Origin: Octopus sinensis
Taxonomy: Eukaryota
Assembly (NCBI RefSeq): GCF_006345805.1
Contig: NC_043004.1
Location: 42,780,001 to 42,844,000 of the forward strand
Direction: 5' to 3'
DNA length: 64,000 bases
The notes below the pieces were generated by a model. It ran no database searches and had not been told where the DNA came from. It worked only from the letters and a program-made list of their open reading frames with translations. A program made the translations under genes and the position numbers. Within the stretch, counting starts at the first letter, position 1; the number at the start of each line of letters is the position of its first letter. Of this stretch, positions 56,330 to 64,000 are shown in pieces.

Positions 56330-56620
56330 TTTGTAAGTGGCAGAAATGTTAAAACGAATTAATAATGCTGAATGACCACACGTAGTGAACAATAAGTTAA
56401 ATTTCTGCAGAGAAGCTAAACAATGAAAACTAGTCAAAGTACGAAATAAGAACAGTGCAAAATAGTACGGAACTTGGAAAATCTCTATTGATCTTTCCGT
56501 GAGGTTCAAGGAAATGTAAGTGGCAAAGATGTTAGAGATGAATATTCCTTGCGATGTGAACATTGAAGACACTTTCATTAGAAAAAAATAACAGAAAATA
56601 CAACGAGTTGGTTGAAGTTT
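56330..56620 (+). mobile_element. Possible hAT (Charlie/Buster-like) transposase remnant
   Basis: Broken frames give VNNKL...KLVKVRNK and ISIDLSVRFKEM*...LEMNIPCDVNIED, reminiscent of NEVN.KLQ...NL.K.K and DF..RF.DLL.M.IP. Heavily decayed. Confidence 0.3.
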
Positions 56621-56822
56621 GTGAAAAAAAAAGGATGTAAGACAATATGCCATATTTTACAGAAACGTGCTAGCATTAGATTTGTTGGAACCTGTGTTCA
56701 CTTGATTCTCAAGAAACTATGATTAACTGTAAGGAGAGAAAATATGTTGAATCAAATCATGATTAACTGATCTTTCTCTATTTTCTATTACCCAAAGCCA
56801 AGAGCGACTCTTCAACATATAT

Positions 56823-56859
<37 letters not shown>

Positions 56860-57362
56860 GGGGGGTGTACGATATATGTACACATATACGCTCACGTCTG
56901 TTTATGTATATATATATATATATTTGTATGTGTATTACGTGTGTATATTTTGTACCATGCTTGAATTCTGAAGAAATCCCTATGAATATTAGCCAGGTTT
57001 CGTTTATATTTCTGTAGTTATACATATTGTACTGGATACATTTATCTATTTGCGATATAGACGCTACAGCAGAATGAACGATTAGATACGAATGGAGAAT
57101 ATGTATGCGAATATGTATGCGTGCCTTTGTGTTTGTGTTTGTCACCCATCACGAATAAGTGCCGATCAATTCATTTGCTGTGGAGATACAAGTAATTAAT
57201 AACGGCTTAACAGAACTTCACATTGCTTAAGTACAGAAGGGCGCATAAGATATATCCACCCCGTCAAAATTTCGGCAACAACATAGCATTTAACATTTGC
57301 TATTCCGTCTACCATAAAAAACTACTTCTAAAACCACGTTACATGTTAAATTTACCATCTGC

Positions 57363-57539
57363 AAGAGTGAATGGAAATGTTGATTAAACGCGTTTATTTT
57401 TCTATACAATTTATTCTATACAAATTATTTTCTGTGCCTTGAGGTGTTCTTTATTCCCCTCAAGGCACAAAGAATAATTTTTAGGGTAAAAATTGTATAG
57501 AAAAATACACGCGTTTAATCAAAATTTCGACTCACTCTT
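57363..57539. repeat. Fold-back element (nested inverted repeats, about 177 bp)
   Basis: Outer arms of about 50 bp (AAGAGTGA...TTGATTAAACGCGT.TATTTTTCTATACAATTT and its reverse complement) plus inner arms of about 22 bp (AATTATT..TGTGCCTTGAGG / CCTCAAGGCACA..AATAATT). Confidence 0.9.
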
Positions 57540-57959
57540 ATTCAAGCGTCTATATTGCAAAGTTATACATGTCTCTTGTACACTGTTATATACTGATTAT
57601 TCTCTGTGCTGTAGAGGTGTAATTTAAGATTTTATATAATATGTCCGAGTTAATATAAAATGTTGGATTATAAATCATTTCTGATATACAATGGATTCGT
57701 CTGTAAATATTCCTTAGTCTAATCTCAAGCATTGTATCTATAGATCATGGCCGCTACTCACTGGGTAATGTGTGTACACATAGACTCAAACACACAACAT
57801 ATACGCACAAGCACTTATATTAATATTTAAAACACTTGTGGTGTACATTTCTATACATAAGATGGAAGAGAAGGTGAGAGTAAGAAATAAACACAAGCAG
57901 GATTTAGAAGAAACGAATAGCCTGAGAGATTGAGGAAAAGGACCGGAGGATTTTGTTAC

Positions 57960-58630
57960 TACGAGGGTGCGCTGAAAACTTCATAGGCAGACCACGATGC
58001 AATGGTCGAACTTGACTCAATGTGTTTTATTTCTCGACATAGTCTCACCTGCGGCCCATTCATTTCTTCCATCGGTGTTTCAGCAGCACTTGGATTCCCG
58101 TGGTATAGAAACCCCCATTCTCGCCTTCAAAACGTTGTCAACAGCAGATGTGACCCCACCATCAGCCTAATACTGCTTTCCAGCCAAGTGTTTTTCCTTT
58201 TCGGGAAGAGGAAATAGTAGAAGATGCCAAATCAGGAGAATATGGAAGGTGATCAAACAGATCAAAGTCGCGCACAACAGCCATTGCAACCACAGACCTG
58301 TGTGCTAGAGAATTGCCCTGATGAAGAAGGAACTCATTAGCTAGCTGATTAAAATTTAAACATCTATGATCCATCACTATGTCATCCATCACATTAACAC
58401 ATCGATGTTTTCTTGGCTGGTTGCAGTGGCAGGACGTCCGCACATTGGGTCATCTTCACTACTCTCCCTACCTCTCTTGAATTCAGCTGCCCACTTTTGC
58501 ACAGTTTATAAAGCTGGAGCATCATCCGTTAATGTAGTAACTATGTCAGCATGAATGTCCTTCGGGGCTAACCCTCTTTTTCGGCAGATATATGATATCA
58601 ACATGTTACCAAATTTTATCTATTTTCATG
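57960..58630 (-). mobile_element. Mariner element with one recognisable TIR and an internal deletion of the catalytic core
   Basis: TA+CGAGGGTGCGCTGAAAA terminus at 57960. Minus translation KDIHADIVTTLTDDAPAL*TVQKWAAEFKRGRESSEDDPMCGRPATAT...NQLANE is fused to FLLHQGNSLAHRS...HLPYSPDLAS...FYTTGIQ...HRWKK...DYVEK*. Confidence 0.9.
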
Positions 58631-59736
58631 AAATGTCTCTAGTACCACTTTTCGAAGTCCTCAATTCTGAATCGAATGAAGGTTTATTTGGACAGAAAAC
58701 ATGCAGTTAGCATCAGTAAAAGATGAATTTAATGCGTGCCAAGTTTAGAAATACATTAAAAATTTACCAGGTATAGCAAGAAAATATTTTCGAGTAAAAG
58801 CATCCATGAGAGGACAAGGCAATCATGGGACTATTTTATTTTTATTTAGAACAATAAAAGTGTGAAATACGAAAATGATTAACAAAATAATACATTGGTG
58901 GCAAATATCTACTTGCTATAAGGCATTAAAGTAAACAGAAACATATATTTTGTTTTCTGGATATCAATCCGTTTATATTTACAGTTGAATTCCGCAATAA
59001 ATGTCGTAATATTTTCTTAAGAATAAGGCAGGAAGTGCGAATCTTCAGAGAAATAATCTGATCAGTTACAGATATGTAAACCTAAAATAAATGTGGAAAA
59101 GAACAAATATTTGCAGAATATTGATATTTGATGACTTTTCTCTTTATAAGATTTTTTTTCAGAAATATTGCGAGAGTAATCTCAGGAATTTTATTGTGAA
59201 TATATTTCAAATAACATCATTAAGTCCTTAAATTTGAATTTATCTTCACACCAACATCAGCTATTACACAACTAGTGTAAATACGTGTTAAACATTATTC
59301 ATATTTTGACTGCATGCTCATCTTTCCGGTGTTTCTCTTCGGTTTTATCTGAAAGTATTGCAGCTATATTTCACTTCCTCTTCAGTTTTTCTTTTCTCCC
59401 CATCATGAAAATGTCACACATTATATTCTAAGCAAAGAGCTGTTATGAAGACAAATTTGTGTCCGGAGAGAAATATATCAATATGCATATGTATATATAT
59501 GTATCTTAAAATGTGGAACCATATTTTTTGTTCCTTTTCCTTTTCCTTGTGAATATATTTTCATATTTACAATTTAGTCTGCTGCTAAAATACAAATAAG
59601 AATAACAAAAATCTTCAAACTGAAAGAACACAAATGTAATTCTTACATAATATATAATATTGTTGGCAAATATAAATACATATTTTCTTACAAGTGTGTG
59701 CATATCTATCTATCTCTCTATCTGTCTATCTTTTTG

Positions 59737-59782
<46 letters not shown>

Positions 59783-59835
59783 CATATATATGTATATATA
59801 TATATATATATACATACGTACATATATATATATTT

Positions 59836-60258
59836 AGGCGCAGGAGTGGCTGTGTGGTAAGTAGCTTGCTTACCAACCACATGGTTGCGGGTTCAGTCCC
59901 ACTGCGTGGCACCTTGGGCAAGTGTCTTCTGCTAAAGCCCCGGACCGAGCAATGCCTTGTGAGTGGATTTGGTAGACGGAAACTGAAAGAAGCCTGTCGT
60001 ATATATGTATATATATATATATGTGTGTATGTGTATATGTTTGTGTATCTGTGTTTGTCCCCCTAGCATTGCTTCACAACTGATGCTGGTGTGTTTACGT
60101 CCCCCCTCACTTAGCGGTTCGGCAAAAGATACCGATAAAATAAGTACTGGGCTTACAAAGAATAAGTCCCGGGTGTCGATTTGCTCGCCTAAATGCGGTG
60201 CTCCAGCATGGCCGCAGTCAAATGACTGAAACAAGTAAAAGAGTAAAAGAGTAAAGAG
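59836..60258 (+). mobile_element. Full-length SINE family B inserted in (TA)n
   Basis: GGCGCAGGAGTGGCTGTGTGGTAAG (A box) ... GGGTTCAGTCCC (B box) ... CTTGGGCAAGTGTCTTCT (CORE-like) ... GCGGTGCTCCAGCATGGCCGCAG ... (GAGTAAAA)n tail. Confidence 0.95.
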
Positions 60259-60449
60259 TATATATATATACATATATACACATACACATACACACATACA
60301 CACACACTCGCACACATATATATATATACCATGCATGTATGGAAAAAATCCAAGGTGTATCCTCTACAAGAACATCTACATATTCCAGTATGACGGCCCA
60401 GTATGTATATTCTCAAAATGTCTGCGGCTTTATCAGTTAACAAAAGAGG

Positions 60450-60835
60450 AATTTGGATATTGGTAAAAGTTTGGTATTATTTACTTACCGATTACATACG
60501 TTTCATTTGCTAATACGAATCACAAAATCATTCATGTTGGATAAACCTGTAACAAATTTTCTATTACAATTTTTTTCAAACATTATTATAGCTCGTTCCT
60601 CTGAAGAATTTTTCCAGACTTTTTTTCCAGACTGTTCGTGCTGTACATACCCACTTACATGTAGATTAAATATTTCACATCCTACCAAAAATATAATATC
60701 ACCTTACAAGGGTGAAGACCTTCTTCACCCTGGGAAACCAATGTTTATCCTTTCCTTCCCCCACTGTCCTCGATGTTTGGCATTTTTTCTGGTCACCAAT
60801 CACGATTCTGTACCGATTCTTCGTCTGTGAAGAAT
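60450..60835 (-). mobile_element. Mariner transposase mid-region remnant
   Basis: Manual translation FFTDEE...EGLHPCKVILYFW*DVKYLIY...NRKFV resembles TGDEKW...GLHPKKVML.VWWD.KGII...NRK.V. Confidence 0.5.
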
Positions 60836-61082
60836 GAACATACTACTATCATCCCCATTAGAATGAAATTAACCTCTCTGTCTATATATCTACCCTCTTT
60901 ATAATGTTGACAAATGAAACAGGGATACGAATGTGCATATTCCGTTTAATTGGAAAATTCTATATGCGGCTGAAGATTGCGCGGCATTTTAAAACTGACG
61001 TAATATTTGCAGTGTTTAATGAAATGAAGTAGCATGAAACAATTGTACTATTCTACATTGGATATCCTTGTTGGTTATTTTG

Positions 61083-61123
<41 letters not shown>

Positions 61124-61134
61124 TATATATATGT

Positions 61135-61520
61135 ATGAACAGGCTTTCAGATTCAATCCACATACTACCAAATCACATATTTTGGGTTCAATTCTACTGC
61201 GTGGCACCTTCTATTGCAGCTGTAAACCAACCAAATCCTTGTTAGTGAATTTGGTAGATACTAACTGGAAGAAGCTCATTGTGTGTGTTTGTTTGTTTGC
61301 GTCCCTTTGTCTTGACACTGTATGGTAGTTGTAAACGAGTGTCACTATCATGTAAGAGGTATCCTTCATTGCCAATCTTGTGTGGAAACATCAAGCGTTG
61401 GGGAAATCTTTCCTTACTTGGAAAGAAGTGAGGTTTGTTGACAGGAAGGGCATCCAATTGTAGAAAATATGCCTCAATAAATTCCAGCTGACATGTAAGC
61501 ATGGAAAAATGGACCTTAAC
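61135..61520 (+). mobile_element. SINE with a family B head/body and an RTE-like tail
   Basis: GGGTTCAATTCTACTGCGTGGCACCTT...GTGAATTTGGTAGA, then GTTGACAGGAAGGGCATCCAATTGTAGAAAA...GCATGGAAAAATGGACCTTAA. Confidence 0.7.
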
Positions 61521-63409
61521 AAAATGTTCATGTATGTGTGTTTCAAGGCAGGAATCTGGCAGAATAAATAGCGTGTCAGTCAAAAATATACACCAACATG
61601 AAATTCTGCCAAAATCAACATCGCCTGCATGTTTATATATGTGTGTGTGTGTGTCTTTGTACCTGTGCTTGTCTCCACACATATATACATACCTATATAT
61701 GTATTTATGTATGTATGTATTTATGTATGTATGTATGTATATAAATTCTGTGAGTGGCCTTAACACTTTTAAAGGTGGTGCTCCAGCATGGCTGTAAGTA
61801 AAGGAGTAAAGGAATATCAGCTTAAGACTTTGCTCCTGAAGTTAGAATGTAAAAACTTAATTTTTAAACAATATGAATGCTCAAAACAAAAACTATGATA
61901 TATTGCTATTATATATATGATATAAGATAAAAGGCAGTACAAGTATAAATCCAAACCTCGTAATTCTAAAAGGAGTATGTAAGCATCAGAATTATACTTA
62001 TTTGCGTTGATATTTTGTAACCATTAGTTACCAAAAAAATTGTGGATTATGGATTATTGTATGTATGCCAGACACCATTATTTTTGTTTTCTAATTTCTA
62101 ACGGATTGATGTCGTAGTTTGTCTGCGGGTTCCATAAAATTCAATAAACTTTATACAAATATTCCTAGTTCGTCCATATAATGGAATGCTAAGTAAACAA
62201 TTAGCTACGCTTCACAATGTTGGAATTCCTGCCGACCAGTTAATTGTATATTTCGAGAAAAATTTGCTTTGTCAGATGTTATGTGCATTATACTGCAAAC
62301 AAGTTATAGGCTTCAATGTAAACGAAATCCACCTCTACTCATATATATTTCACGTAAATTCTTTTCAATAACGAGTCTCCCTTATTTCAATAATGTTATT
62401 AGTACACAGAAAACATTTCTATGTAACATATTTAATATTACTAAAACATACGACCAAATATATTAATTTAAAACAAATTCTTTTCCAATACTGAAGTAAC
62501 ATGAAATAAAGAACATGTGTTATTTTATCATCAGAATACCCTGATTAATGAGAAGTTCTAAAATACTTTGGCATGTCAGAAAGTGCAATACGCTTTATAG
62601 TCGACCACCATTGAGCTTTCTTCTCCAGCAGCATACTTTTGAAATATGCCATTAACAGTTATATACGAACTATTAATATCCATTCAGGTTTGCCCCGGAT
62701 GTACATATAGCGGAGGGTCCTTTTTAAGCGAGATGCAGAAAACGTTAAAGAGCGAGTTAAATGGTATAAACATAAAATAAATGTCCTTTAATTGAGCTAG
62801 CAAACACAAGTTGTATATACGATGTTATTCAACATTAAAAACCATTAATGCTCGTTTGGAACATCGACAAATACATTTTTCAGGAACTGCCGCTACCTTT
62901 CATATATACGTTTATTCAATTAATCGGAAGCAAAGGCCACTTTGATAAAGCGATCAGTAACATGTACAAAAAGAAAAGAAAAATGAAAAACCATAAAAAG
63001 AAACCATTATTTCTGTTTTTAAAGTAAGTTCGCGAAAGTATCTTAATATTTATTCTGTTTGTTTTAGAGAGGGTGACTTAAAAGAGATGAAACTTTCATC
63101 GTACGACATGTTCTACTTTCAGATGTTAGTTTCGAAAGAATCAATACACAGTAAAGGAAACGGAAATCTAATCATCGTATGTTATAGCAGTATGTACATT
63201 ATTGTAGACGTATGCAGCTTTGTAGTATAAATCTCAGCGATTTGTACAAGATCAAAATCTTTCTTGATTCTTAACGACAAATATTGCATTCACTTGCAAT
63301 TTGTTTCTCCACAGAGCATGGCTTTTGCCACGAGGTGGACTTCATTTCATTTGAGTAATGTAAATCGATATGGACAACGTACACAGACACGCACACACAC
63401 ATATATTTA

Positions 63410-63598
63410 TTGATATATGTATATATATATATATATTATATATATATATATATATAATATATATATATACGCACACATTATCTTTGACATTTATACACAC
63501 ACACAAACACACATATACATATACACACATATGCATACACACGCACATACATACATACATTCCTACATACATACATACATACATACATATATACATAC

Positions 63599-63675
<77 letters not shown>
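63410..63675. repeat. (TA)/(CA)/(TACA)n mosaic
   Basis: Direct reading. Confidence 0.95.
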
Positions 63676-63679
<4 letters not shown>

Positions 63680-64000
63680 CTGATTTGAAATATATGTGCA
63701 TTCTTTGGGAACAGAAATTTCTATAAAAAATACCATTATATATATTCGAAGCGCAGCACAAAACAACAAAACAAAAACAAATTATGAAGGATATGTATTA
63801 AACACATCAGGCATATAGACAGCATAATTAGAATATTTACCTCTCTTTGTTCGAATAATAGTAACTTTACTCATTATTCCTTCACTAAGTAGATGATCAG
63901 TTTTGGTATTCTCTCGAATACTCTTGAATTAAAAAGACTCGTTAAATGTTGTATAAGTATGAAAAAATCAGTCACTGCGTACTTCCTTTGTGCACTGTGT

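Noticed and set aside
59836-59910. tRNA-like A/B-box heads (here and in other SINEs) as tRNA genes
   Set aside because: No complete cloverleaf is apparent, and each continues into a repeated SINE body and tail.
62600-62800. Minus frame NVFCISLKK...TVNGIFQK, possibly Tc1/DD-type transposase
   Set aside because: Weak match, with in-frame stops and no catalytic motif or TIR.

Overview
AT-rich, repeat-saturated eukaryotic DNA, either intergenic or deep intronic. The tRNA-derived SINE families and microsatellite load look like an octopus (coleoid cephalopod) genome; this is recognition from memory, not a database search. I find no intact host gene, tRNA, rRNA or CRISPR array. Most ORF-track entries are microsatellite translations, antisense frames of SINEs, or pieces of dead transposons. 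Contents: (1) at least 4 SINE families, including a roughly 1.4-kb head-to-tail SINE array; (2) remnants of restriction-like-endonuclease (RLE) non-LTR retrotransposons (R4/Dong-like cluster at 26.4-29.3 kb and 36.3-37.2 kb, HERO/NeSL-like at 53.4-54.1 kb), CR1-group LINE 3' ends, and two Penelope-like (GIY-YIG) remnants; (3) three decayed mariner copies, several MITE/fold-back elements, a textbook non-autonomous Helitron, and an unexplained 2.4-kb GC-richer element with a 42-bp tandem repeat; (4) dozens of microsatellites. The most interesting signal is RNA-structural: several type-I hammerhead-ribozyme-like motifs of the minimal, palindromic-stem-III kind known from Penelope-like elements. 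The best is a 100-bp, 97%-identical inverted repeat (35655-35940) whose two arms each carry a hammerhead fold with a different single lesion.
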